Shown piece by piece: positions 10,263-20,084 of a DNA stretch of 64,000 nucleotides. The notes below the pieces were generated by a model, which had not been told where the DNA came from, did not search any database, and saw only the letters and a program-made list of their open reading frames with translations. Source of the DNA: Promethearchaeota archaeon (GTDB lineage: Archaea > Asgardarchaeota > Lokiarchaeia > Sigyniarchaeales > SOKP01). The translations under genes and the position numbers were made by a program. Within the stretch, counting starts at the first letter, position 1; the number at the start of each line of letters is the position of its first letter. Where the stretch lies: the NCBI GenBank assembly GCA_019057865.1, contig JAHLWP010000009.1, positions 32,001 to 96,000 on the forward strand, in the 5' to 3' direction.

Positions 10263-11792
10263 TCAATAAGGACAACTTAAATCACCGCCTAACCAATCTC
10301 CCGTTAGACCATAAGCAGTTAAGCGACAACCTCCACATAATCTATTCATATTGCATCTTGAGCATTTTCCACTAACACTTTTACGATTTCTTATTCGTTT
10401 TAAGATAGGGTGCTTAGTCCAAATATTATATAAACCTTCTTTCAAAATGTTTCCTAATTTAATATGACCTGCAGGAGCACAAGGAATTATATAACCATCA
10501 CAATCTAATCCACAGTAGAATAATCCTGTAGCGCATCCACTAAAAAACCTATTAAGTCGATGAAGTAATTCTGCTGTATTGCTTTTAAATAAATTCTGGT
10601 ATTTTGCTTCATTACCAGTTAAAATTTCACAAAGGGGATAATAGTTTCCTTGACTTAAGTCATAGCAAGTTTTACTAAAGTATGGCATACCTCTTCCTAA
10701 CACTTCTAATGCAAAATTATTATGAATATTTTCTATAAATTTTTGTGCCATAAACCTCATAACTTTCCGTTTAATATCTTTACTAACATCATGCTCCAAA
10801 TAATATTGCCCTCTGCCTACTGGTAAAATGCGAGAAATATAGTACCTTGAAATACCTAAATCCTTGACAAAATCATAAATTAATGGAATTTCCTTATAAT
10901 TAAAATCTGCTAAGGTGGTATTAATGATCAATTCATCAAATTTTCCAAATTCAACAGCATTATTTATCCCATTAATAGCCATATTAAATGCTCCTGAAAC
11001 ATTTCGTAATGAATCATGTTTCTTGGCAGAGATACTATCTAAACTTATTGAAACACTATGTACTCCTACATCATATAACTTTTGACATAAAACTTTAGTT
11101 AATAATGTAGCATTAGTAGATATTGAGGGTTAAATACCATTTTTTTGAGTATAGTTAATGACTTCGAGTAAATCATCCCGAGTTAATGGTTCACCACCAC
11201 AAAAGTTCACAGTAACAACATCATTGGCTGCTAAAATATCAATAACTTTTTTAGCATCCTCAGTCGTAAGCTCGTTTTTTGATTGTTGATTAAAAAGTGA
11301 ATCTGAAAAGCAATGAGAACATTTTAAATTGCATTTTTTAGTGTAGTTCCAGACGACACTTAATGGTGCTCCAGTTACAAATGGTATTCTAAAACCAAAT
11401 AAAGCAAATCCTTTAAAGATATTCTTTAATACCCTGCGAAATGTTGTATTTGCTGTGAAACTATAAAGAGTCTGAGAATCAATTTTATTAAGGGATAGCC
11501 ATCTAAGCATGACAAATTTAAAGATTTTTGCTTGAGTTCGACAGTTAAAGCAAAGCTCGTTATCTTTTTTGGAAATATAATCCAAAATTGAATCAAATCG
11601 ACTAGAACCACACTTATTACAATCTTTAGTGAGATTTCTCCCAAAACCTTGCATTGATTGTTTGAGTAATGGAAAAGAAAGTGGATTTACCATGTTATTG
11701 ATATTTATTGATTTATACTTATTATTTTTTGTTATTCTCTTGACAAAGTAGTATATACTATTATCCAATCTCCATTGAGAATTCTTTCTCAT
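10263..11792 (-). pseudogene. Radical SAM/SPASM protein interrupted by a single in-frame TAA at 11130-11132
   Basis: ORFs 11130..11792 (CNLKCSHC) and 10263..10982 (SPASM cysteines) are in the same frame. The 49 codons between them read PSISTNATLLTKVLCQKLYDVGVHSVSISLDSISAKKHDSLRNVSGAFN, typical radical SAM core. Confidence 0.85.
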
Positions 11793-11914
11793 TAAAACCT
11801 AATAATAAGTCTTATAATTGAAATAGCATACCTGACGAATTAAATAATACTCGGAACGAAAAAAAAAAGATTTTTATAAAAAGGGGATGAATTCTTATTT
11901 AATCAGTTTCCTTC

Positions 11915-12298
11915 TCATTCTCTTGCCAAAGCAGCGCGAGCCTTGTCTAAGTCATCGACTCCGAGAACTATTCTGTTATTCTCAGCAAGGTAGATTAGGT
12001 CAATGTTAACGCCAGCATTACCTATTTTACGAGCCATTTTCCCTCCTGTGCCCGGTTTCCCTGCAATATTACCAATATCCAAAACGAGTACTTCACGCAC
12101 AGCACGTACTTCAAAACCAGCGTCTTCGAGTACCCAGCGGGCGGTGGTTTCATCTTCTACCAAAAGATGAATAATGCCTTCATTTTTTTGGGGAAATCCA
12201 CATAGTCCTTCCATATTGATGCCATTTTTGCCTAGAGTCTCCCCCATATCAGCTAGCATACCCGGTTGATTTTTTAAAATAACAGTTAAATCTTTCAA
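11915..12298 (-). CDS. Tandem ACT-domain protein
   Basis: LKNQPGMLADMGETLGKNGINM and KPGTGGKMARKIGNAGVNIDLIY; TTG start with GGAGGA SD. Confidence 0.88.
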   Translation of the reverse strand: MKDLTVILKNQPGMLADMGETLGKNGINMEGLCGFPQKNEGIIHLLVEDETTARWVLEDAGFEVRAVREVLVLDIGNIAGKPGTGGKMARKIGNAGVNIDLIYLAENNRIVLGVDDLDKARAALARE

Positions 12299-12397
12299 TA
12301 TTTTTGTCCTCCTATTTTTACTTTTTTTATTTATTAAATCTTATCTTGTTTTTTTAGAAACTAAAAATATCCTTAAAATAATAGGATTTGATTAAGA

Positions 12398-12622
12398 TTA
12401 TTCTTCACGAAATTTTATTAATAATATCACTCCTACACAAACAAGAATAACACTAGCTACTATACTAACTACTAGTATATTAGTCATAACAACTTTAATA
12501 AGCTTTTTTGGCATGTCCATCTGTTCATATAAACGAGGAAATACGACGAGAGATATAAACATTGATACAAGTTCACCACCTGCTACTCCAAACAAAATAA
12601 ATCCTATATTCTTCTTTTTCAT
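12398..12622 (-). CDS. Small two-TM membrane protein
   Basis: Two hydrophobic helices in 74 aa. Confidence 0.6.
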   Translation of the reverse strand: MKKKNIGFILFGVAGGELVSMFISLVVFPRLYEQMDMPKKLIKVVMTNILVVSIVASVILVCVGVILLIKFREE

Positions 12623-12740
12623 TCTACATTACCAATTATTATTATTCTAAATTTTTCTCGTTAAACGTAAATAGATTTTTATGTAAAAAGATTATGAATA
12701 GACATATAATATTTTTTGTTAAATTGGAAAGAAAATAAAG

Positions 12741-13388
12741 TCAGGTTTCTTTATACCATTTACTAATTAAATTATGCTTTTTAATATATCTAAGAAGATA
12801 AACGGCGATAACAGCCGTAATTAAGGTTTCAATAAACCATATAAGTTGATATACTGTTAAATCAGCGTCTATTTGGTTTTGCCCAATATTAATGGTACCA
12901 AAATCTTTTATAGAGTAAAGTAATATCTCAGGAGATTGCATAATTATCGGAAAAAAGATCTCTATAGTTTCATGTGCGGGGAGATCGAGTAAAAGATGTG
13001 TTAATCCTCCTATCAATGCAGAATAAGATGCAACAATAAAAAATTTTCTATTATATTTTTTTTTCTTTAAGTTATCCCAGTCATCTATGCCAAAATATTT
13101 TAAAGGTTTAGCTAAAATTCCATTTCTCTTTGTCAGGTTAGCGTAAATTGGTCCAATATATGTACAAAATAGCATTGTTAAAATAAGTGTTAAAGGTAAA
13201 GTAATTAATAATAACCCCAATAGACTATGAGTAATATTTCTAAATGTGAACGGTAAAAACGGGTCAAAAATTACATTGACGTCAGGAACTAATGTACTAA
13301 TACATAAAGCTGTTCCATCAAATTTTTTTGGATATTTTACTTTTAATATCAATCCCGGTGCTTGGTGAGATAATATTCCGCTTGGCAT
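12741..13388 (-). CDS. DUF4184 / YdjM-like membrane metal-dependent hydrolase
   Basis: SH..P, LVPD, THSLLG, THLLLD motifs. Confidence 0.75.
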   Translation of the reverse strand: MPSGILSHQAPGLILKVKYPKKFDGTALCISTLVPDVNVIFDPFLPFTFRNITHSLLGLLLITLPLTLILTMLFCTYIGPIYANLTKRNGILAKPLKYFGIDDWDNLKKKKYNRKFFIVASYSALIGGLTHLLLDLPAHETIEIFFPIIMQSPEILLYSIKDFGTINIGQNQIDADLTVYQLIWFIETLITAVIAVYLLRYIKKHNLISKWYKET

Positions 13389-13418
13389 CTGATTATTATA
13401 CTCTTTCTATTGTTATTT

Positions 13419-14231
13419 TTACTTAATTAAGACTTTCACTTTTTTACGAGAGCGTGGAGGGGAGCGTAGATATTTTATATCTGGATAACCTATTGCCATT
13501 ACTCCCCAACTTTTACCTCTGATCCCTGCGAGTTTAGTTAATCTAGGATTAATTTCAAAAGCTATTTGTGTCCAACCATTCCAACACGTGCCTAAACCAA
13601 GTGCTTGAGCAGCTAATCGTCCATAGGTAATTATATTCCCAATATTAAAATGTTCAAAAGTAGTTTTACCTAAAGAGTATACAATTATTATATGTGGTGC
13701 ATCATAATAAAGAGGATACTCATAAATCTTTTTTCTAATTTCATATGATTCCGCAAAATGTGATTTAGTTGATGGATTTTTAAGAAGTTCTTCTATAATT
13801 GCATCAGATAAAGCTTTTAGCTGTTCTGGGTCAGACAAAATTACAAATTTCTCCCCTCTTAGATTTGCAGCAGTAGGAGCACATTCCATTGCTTTAATAA
13901 CTTTTTGTAAGGTCTCTTCAGGTACTTTTTTGTGTTTATAAAATCTAATTGAACGATTTGCTCGTAGAAAGTTATACATTTTTTCATATGGTATATAATT
14001 TGGTAAATTTACTATTCCATCAAATGTATAAGGTTCATCTCCTAAATTTTCATATAGGATTGCTTCTTGAGGGCATATTGCAATACAATGACCACATAAC
14101 GAACAAGATCCAAAAGAATCATTAAAGATAATTTTCTCTTGTTCTTTATCTTGGCTGTATCTTCTCGGACATACCCTTACACATAATCCACAATTTGTAC
14201 ATTTAACATTATCAATTCCTACTATTGGCAT
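13419..14231 (-). CDS. Ferredoxin-nitroreductase fusion
   Basis: Two CxxCxxCxxxCP-type motifs; RSIRFY, APTAAN, GLGTCWNG, IGYP. Confidence 0.9.
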   Translation of the reverse strand: MPIVGIDNVKCTNCGLCVRVCPRRYSQDKEQEKIIFNDSFGSCSLCGHCIAICPQEAILYENLGDEPYTFDGIVNLPNYIPYEKMYNFLRANRSIRFYKHKKVPEETLQKVIKAMECAPTAANLRGEKFVILSDPEQLKALSDAIIEELLKNPSTKSHFAESYEIRKKIYEYPLYYDAPHIIIVYSLGKTTFEHFNIGNIITYGRLAAQALGLGTCWNGWTQIAFEINPRLTKLAGIRGKSWGVMAIGYPDIKYLRSPPRSRKKVKVLIK

Positions 14232-14470
14232 CTTAATTTTCCTCCTACTTTTAAACTATAAAAGAAGCTTTGTTCTAATAATTTCCTAAAATATAATGTA
14301 TGTCTTAAAAAATTATTAATTTTATGATATGGAAGGTCTAGTAATACAGAATATAATTCCAATATAAAAAACAACTAACATTGCAAGGATTTTTTCAGTA
14401 AACCTAAAATATAAGGCTTAATTATTTTGTTACTTGATTTTTTATTAAAAAAAAAACATAACGAAATAAT

Positions 14471-15394
14471 ATGACACAAAAGAGAGAAAAAGTTAAATGT
14501 CCAGTATGTGGTTCTAAATTTATTCCTGAATCTTTTCATTTTGAAAAAACAAGTTTTGATCAAGTAGAATCTAAAGGAGAGCTTGTAGAATTTCCAAAAG
14601 GCTCTCATCAGCTTGAAGTTAAACCATTCACATCAATCCGGGGTTCATTTGTAACTTATTGTCCTCAATGTGGATATCTGATAAAATTTGCATCAGAAAT
14701 TGGTAGAAAAGAAATAGTAGAAGAACCATCTCGCATAAAAAAGCGGGGTTCATTTAAGGAATTTGGGCAATCATATAAATATAAGTTTAACCCACGTGAA
14801 AAACCCTATATGGATTATTCAGATTATTTTATAGAAAAAGTTGATAATATTAAAAAAAAAATTAAAAATGCATTAGATGAAATAAATTTTGCTCAATGGG
14901 GAAGTTCATATAGCAAATGGAAAGAAGATAAATCTATAGATTCGTTCAAATTCTTAATACACTTTTATTCAACTTTAGTAGACTATTTGGATTCCCAAAT
15001 TGAGAATCATAGTAATAAATCAATGGTACAAAAAATAGAGGAATTAAATGTATCTAAAAGTCTTGAACTATTGATTAAAAAAGTAGGAGAATTAAGGAAT
15101 AAAATAGCTCATGAAGTCTATGAACTAAATGAAGAGGAAGAAGATTTAGTTGAGAGAACCTTTACTCAATTTATGAATTATCTAGTAATGAAGCAATTAA
15201 ACCCTCTAAATTTGGATAAGATTAAGATTGAACCTGAATATTTCTTTATTGATATTAATAAAATTAAATATGAAATTCAGGAGTTTTTAAATTTGTATTT
15301 AGGGAATTTGTTGCCTTTAAAGGAGTTTTATAATAATTTCTTAATTCCATTATTAGAGGAACTTGGAGTTAGAATCCCTAATTATAATCCTTAA
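14471..15394 (+). CDS. Zn-ribbon protein with HEPN-like Rx4H motif (putative RNase)
   Basis: CPVCG...CPQCG at N-terminus; LRNKIAH in a helical C-terminal domain. Confidence 0.6.
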   Translation: MTQKREKVKCPVCGSKFIPESFHFEKTSFDQVESKGELVEFPKGSHQLEVKPFTSIRGSFVTYCPQCGYLIKFASEIGRKEIVEEPSRIKKRGSFKEFGQSYKYKFNPREKPYMDYSDYFIEKVDNIKKKIKNALDEINFAQWGSSYSKWKEDKSIDSFKFLIHFYSTLVDYLDSQIENHSNKSMVQKIEELNVSKSLELLIKKVGELRNKIAHEVYELNEEEEDLVERTFTQFMNYLVMKQLNPLNLDKIKIEPEYFFIDINKIKYEIQEFLNLYLGNLLPLKEFYNNFLIPLLEELGVRIPNYNP

Positions 15395-15522
15395 AGATTT
15401 TTTTTATTGAAATTTGTTAACATTTCTGAATGTTTGCAAACTCATGACAATTAGAGAAACCAATGAAGGAAAACCAAAACTCAATTTTGAATTTAAAGTT
15501 TAATTTGTTTAAATAAATAATT

Positions 15523-15948
15523 TTACTCAAATGCCTGAGGGATCCATGTAGAATGGCCCTTAACAATCTTATACTTATTTACTATATCTTGATGAATCTT
15601 TTTTAAATTATTAAAGAAATCTTCGCCATATAATGGAATTCCTTCCTTCATAGCAAATAAACTAGTGCAGTGTCTACTTTTAATCATTGAAATGAATTCA
15701 GATGGGGTAAATCCTAGAGGTTCAATGGGGTCATATGTTTCTATTAGTTCAAATAATAAAGTAGCTCTTTGATAATAATCTTTTGGAAGGTTTGAACTAA
15801 TAACAATTATATCAATGTCGCTTCTTTGATTAAAATCTCCTCTTGCGAGAGATCCATATAAGATAATGCACTTCGGATTTAAGGTACTAATCACGTTGTT
15901 ACAGAATTTTTTTATTCCTTTTCTGAAAATTTTTTTAGGTTCTTTCAT
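15523..15948 (-). CDS. Minimal nucleotidyltransferase (MNT) of HEPN-MNT pair
   Basis: LYGSLARGDFNQRSDIDIIVI motif; ATGA overlap with HEPN gene. Confidence 0.9.
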   Translation of the reverse strand: MKEPKKIFRKGIKKFCNNVISTLNPKCIILYGSLARGDFNQRSDIDIIVISSNLPKDYYQRATLLFELIETYDPIEPLGFTPSEFISMIKSRHCTSLFAMKEGIPLYGEDFFNNLKKIHQDIVNKYKIVKGHSTWIPQAFE

Positions 15949-16340
15949 TTCTTTAGTCCTTTAATGAAATTCATTATTATTTGAGCATTTTCTAATGCTT
16001 CTTTTGCAATATTTTCATCGTGGTATTCATACGGGGATCCAGATGAGTGAGCATTCGGATATCGTGAAGGGATGTAATGTAAATCCAATTTTTTACTAGG
16101 AGTTAATATTTCAGAAATATCATATTTCTGGTCTTTAAGGTCTTTAATCAGTTTAGTTAAAGAATGACCAAAAGGAGTAAGTCCCAATCCATATAGAAAC
16201 CCTTTAAGTGCAAACTCTGCTGCTTGTTGGCATTTAAAGCAACACCAGTTATAAAATTTATTTTCTTTGTCAATTAAAGCGGATTTGTAAGTATTTTCAG
16301 CTTCTTTCATCCATCTATTATATTCATCATCATCAAACAT
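15945..16340 (-). CDS. HEPN-domain protein of HEPN-MNT pair
   Basis: QQAAEFALKG, GHSL, YIPSRYP motifs. Confidence 0.9.
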   Translation of the reverse strand: MFDDDEYNRWMKEAENTYKSALIDKENKFYNWCCFKCQQAAEFALKGFLYGLGLTPFGHSLTKLIKDLKDQKYDISEILTPSKKLDLHYIPSRYPNAHSSGSPYEYHDENIAKEALENAQIIMNFIKGLKK

Positions 16341-16485
16341 TATTATTCACTAGATATAAAATAATTGTAATAAATTTGTTTATCAACACACAAATTTTAG
16401 TTTTTAAATAGATTAATTTTTATTTTCTTGATTATAAAAGTTATAATTAGTTTTAAATAACTATGAAAAAAATATTAATTAGATT

Positions 16486-18051
16486 ATGAATGAAATTCAA
16501 GAAAATTTCCAGTCTGTTACAGAATTTCGTCTGACCAAGAAGAAATTCCTTCTTAATTTGATAAAGTTACTCCCGAAAATGAGAAAAATTAGGAAGAGAG
16601 CCGAAAAAATTTTATCTGAAATTAAAATCCCAAAGTTAGAAGTAAAAGCACCTGCTAAAGATATTATTCAGAAGGATTTAGAAGATATTTGTAAGGTTCC
16701 ACACCGGAGGATAGGAACCAAGGAAGCTCATGAAATTGAAGATTTTTTGGTGAGTAAACTTCAAGAATTAGGATTGGAATCTGTTAAGAAGGAATCACTT
16801 GATATTATAAATTGGAGTGCTACTAACTGGCTATTAATGGTATCAACGAAAGATGAAAAAATTGAAGTCCCATGCTTTTATGTACTTAATACAGGATTTA
16901 CTAAAGATAATGGTATAACGGCTCCATTGGTCTATGTTGGAACTGGACAAGATAAAGACTTTAAAGAAAAAGATGTCCAAGATAAGATTGTAGTTGCAGA
17001 TATTGAATGTCCAACTTTACCTTTAGGCAAATTAATAAACATAGCAAAGCCATATTATGTTTCTGATCCCTCAAATTCAATTGATAAAACTACTGAAATG
17101 ACTTTAACTTTTGCTTTAATAAATTTTCCTCCTCAAGCTTTAGGTGGAAAAAGAAGAGAGGATTCTGTCTATTGGAAAGCATTCGATAGAGGAGCATTGG
17201 GATTAATCTTAATTCTAAGGGATTATTCTTCAAATATTAATAGTCATTGGGGCCCCTATGATGGAGTTATGAAACCTCTTCCTGCATTATACGTAGGGAA
17301 ATATGACGGAATAAAAATTCGAGAATTAGCACAAGAGGAACATTCTCAAGGTACAATAATCCTTGAAGGATTTAAAGAACCAAGTGTAGCTCATAATATT
17401 TGGGGCATTTTACCTGGAAATTCAGAAAAAATGATAATGATTTCCAGTCATCATGATTCAGCTTTTAAAGGAGCATCAGAAGATGGAACTGGAGTAGCTA
17501 TGGTATTAGCTCAATTAAGAGCTTGGTCAAAAATTCCTAAGAAAGAAAGACCGAGATCTTTATTGTTTTGTTTATCAGCAGGACATCTATATGCAGGGAT
17601 AGGAGCTGAAACTTTTGCACGCAAATATAAAAACACAATATTAAAAAACGTATTGGTTGATGTAAATTTAGAGCATTTATGCGCGAAAGAAGTTATAGAA
17701 GACCAAGAGACTCATAATTTCAAACTAACAGATAATTTAGCCTTGGGGGCTGTTTTTTTATCACAAAATGAAAACTTAGTTGCACAAACTATTAAGGCAT
17801 TTAAAGAATACAAGATTGAAAGAATGATATTAATTCCAGATAATTTTTTCGCAACACCTCCAATAGGAGAGGCAGGACATTTTGCAACTCAAGGAGATTT
17901 AAAAGTGATTCAGTGGATTCGATCTCCATATTACTTACTTACAGCCGAAGATACATTAGATAAAATTGATATAAATAAATTACATCCTACTGCTCAATGT
18001 ATAACTGATTTGATCAATTCCTTGATGTTAATGCCACAAGAGAAATTTTAG
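16486..18051 (+). CDS. M28-family metallopeptidase with PA domain
   Basis: APLVYVGTG PA region; SHHDS, GASEDGTG, NLEH metal ligands. Confidence 0.8.
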   Translation: MNEIQENFQSVTEFRLTKKKFLLNLIKLLPKMRKIRKRAEKILSEIKIPKLEVKAPAKDIIQKDLEDICKVPHRRIGTKEAHEIEDFLVSKLQELGLESVKKESLDIINWSATNWLLMVSTKDEKIEVPCFYVLNTGFTKDNGITAPLVYVGTGQDKDFKEKDVQDKIVVADIECPTLPLGKLINIAKPYYVSDPSNSIDKTTEMTLTFALINFPPQALGGKRREDSVYWKAFDRGALGLILILRDYSSNINSHWGPYDGVMKPLPALYVGKYDGIKIRELAQEEHSQGTIILEGFKEPSVAHNIWGILPGNSEKMIMISSHHDSAFKGASEDGTGVAMVLAQLRAWSKIPKKERPRSLLFCLSAGHLYAGIGAETFARKYKNTILKNVLVDVNLEHLCAKEVIEDQETHNFKLTDNLALGAVFLSQNENLVAQTIKAFKEYKIERMILIPDNFFATPPIGEAGHFATQGDLKVIQWIRSPYYLLTAEDTLDKIDINKLHPTAQCITDLINSLMLMPQEKF

Positions 18052-18135
18052 AACTAAAGTAAAATGACCCCCTATGATTATGAATTATATATATATCAAA
18101 TTAATTATAAAACCAAGTTTGGAGGTAAATAAGAA

Positions 18136-18927
18136 ATGCCAAAAGCTAAAGTTAATGGTTTTAATTTATATTACGAGATTCACGGTGAAGGTTTTCCGCT
18201 TTTAATGATTCTAGGTTTATCTGAAAATGTTTATTGGTGGGATCCTCCTCTTATAGAAGAACTTTCAAAGAGCTTCAAAGTAATTGTATTTGATAATAGA
18301 GACGTTGGACGGAGTGATAAAACTGAAGGTGAATTGACATGTAAAATGATGGCTGATGATATAGTTGGATTAATGGACGCTTTAGATATCAATAGGGCAC
18401 ATATTTTAGGTCATTCTATGGGTGGTTATATCTCTCAAGAGTTAGTTCTTAATTACCCTGAGCGAGTTGAAAGACTTATTCTTTGTTCTTCAGGTTGTGG
18501 TGGTTCAAAAGCACCTCTAATAAATCCTAAAACGCTGCGTTTTTTAATGAAATTATCTCGACGAGAGCATACAAGAAAATTGGTTGAAGAAGGGGTGCCG
18601 CATATGTTCTCAGATGATATTATAAAGAATAATCCTGAGTATATAGACAAAAAAATTGACGATATACTCATAATTCCAACGGGTCCAGATGTTTTTAAGC
18701 GGCAAATAGCTAGTTTTAATTCATATAGGCGATTGAAAAACATAAAAGTACCTACTTTAATACTACATGGTAAGAAAGATATTATTTTACCCCCTGGAAA
18801 TGCTGAAATCTTTGCAGAAAAAATATCTGGGGCAAAACTCATATATTTTGAGAATAGTGCACATATGATATTTATGGAGGAACCAGTAAAATTTGCAGAG
18901 ATAGTACTTGAATTTCTTAAAGGATAA
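18136..18927 (+). CDS. Alpha/beta hydrolase
   Basis: GHSMGG elbow, HGKKD, SAH triad. Confidence 0.92.
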   Translation: MPKAKVNGFNLYYEIHGEGFPLLMILGLSENVYWWDPPLIEELSKSFKVIVFDNRDVGRSDKTEGELTCKMMADDIVGLMDALDINRAHILGHSMGGYISQELVLNYPERVERLILCSSGCGGSKAPLINPKTLRFLMKLSRREHTRKLVEEGVPHMFSDDIIKNNPEYIDKKIDDILIIPTGPDVFKRQIASFNSYRRLKNIKVPTLILHGKKDIILPPGNAEIFAEKISGAKLIYFENSAHMIFMEEPVKFAEIVLEFLKG

Positions 18928-18975
18928 TTAATTTGTCTTTTTCCAATAGTTAAACGAAACCGTAATGAATCTGAA

Positions 18976-19410
18976 TTAAAATTCAAACCTACATTTAGTA
19001 CAAACTCTCTTTTTTGCATAGATGCGTCTTGGAATATAGCTAATAATCTTAGATTTATCATCCTCTTCTCTAATAGCAAAACCCATCGCACCACAGTTAG
19101 GGCATAGCCTTTTTAGCGTGCTAGTAACTACACCGGAAGGAGTTGTAGGGGGTGCTTGTTGTGTTGGTACTGTTGGGGTAGGTACTGTTGGTGTATACGA
19201 TTGCTGGCTTGGGTAAGATGGTGGAGTTGGCTGGAGTGATACGTTTTGAATTTGAGCTTTTAATTGGCTGTTCTCATTTAGTAATTTGGTTATTTGATTT
19301 TCCTGTTGAGTGACAAGTACTTGATAATATTGAACTTGATTCCATAATTTTGTGATTTGATTCGACAATTTATTAATTATTGTTTCATAATCGGATTCGG
19401 GATCATCCAT
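18976..19410 (-). CDS. Coiled-coil / Pro-Thr-Gln linker / C-terminal Zn-ribbon protein
   Basis: Heptads, PTVPTPTVPT linker, CPNCG...DKSKIISY.PR.IYAKK..CTKC. Confidence 0.75.
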   Translation of the reverse strand: MDDPESDYETIINKLSNQITKLWNQVQYYQVLVTQQENQITKLLNENSQLKAQIQNVSLQPTPPSYPSQQSYTPTVPTPTVPTQQAPPTTPSGVVTSTLKRLCPNCGAMGFAIREEDDKSKIISYIPRRIYAKKRVCTKCRFEF

Positions 19411-19436
19411 ATTGCTATATATTCTTTCCTCACATT

Positions 19437-19450
19437 CGACAATATTGTCG
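19437..19450. promoter_or_regulatory. Perfect 14-bp palindrome upstream of 18976..19410
   Basis: CGACAATATTGTCG with further flanking ACAT/ATGT symmetry, in a divergent intergenic region. Confidence 0.45.
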
Positions 19451-19619
19451 CATGTTCCTATTGTACTTAGTTTGTACTAAAATATAAATATTATTAGATT
19501 GAATTTTTTGCATAATTTAACAATTGACAGTTAAATATAAAAATCTTTATCTAAAGATATTATAGAATGAGTACATTCTAAGTAAATAAATTTAAAAACA
19601 TAAATAATTTGAGTGAAAT

Positions 19620-20075
19620 ATGCCTAATGTTAATATTAATGATACCGAGTTGTATTATATTGAACATGGTTCGGGAACTCCCTTTTTAGTTATGCATGGG
19701 GGCTTAGGAGTTGATCATACCTATTTTCGTCCAGCACTTGATCCTTTGGGTGATATTTTCAAACTGATTTTTTATGATCATAGAGGTCATGGTCGTTCTG
19801 GGCGACCACCAATCAATACAATTACGTATGAGCAACTTGCTGATGATGCTAATGCATTGAGAGAGACCTTAGGTTATGATAAAATTGGAGTTATAGGGGA
19901 TTCTGCTGGCGGATATATTGCATTGCACTATGCAATTCGCCATCAAAAAAACATCAGCTATCTGACGCATTTAAAATGCTCCAAAAAGAAGTCGCACGAG
20001 ATTCTGCAATTGCGCAAAAATATGATGATTAATATTAATCTGAAAAAAAGATATTTTTATAAATTTAGAATTTAA
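19620..20075 (+). pseudogene. Truncated proline-iminopeptidase-like alpha/beta hydrolase
   Basis: HGGLG, YDHRGHGRS and GDSAGG present, but similarity ends near 19964; cap domain and catalytic Asp/His missing. Confidence 0.75.
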
Positions 20076-20084
20076 AATTTATAA

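Noticed and set aside
11130-11132. Selenocysteine or pyrrolysine recoding in the split radical SAM gene
   Set aside because: The codon is TAA, not TGA or TAG, and the position is not a catalytic Cys site.
11793-11914. RiPP precursor peptide for the SPASM enzyme
   Set aside because: No credible small ORF found next to this or the other radical SAM genes.
15414-15503. Short plus-strand ORF ending MTIRETNEGKPKLNFEFKV
   Set aside because: No SD, promoter or motif support; possibly a gene remnant.
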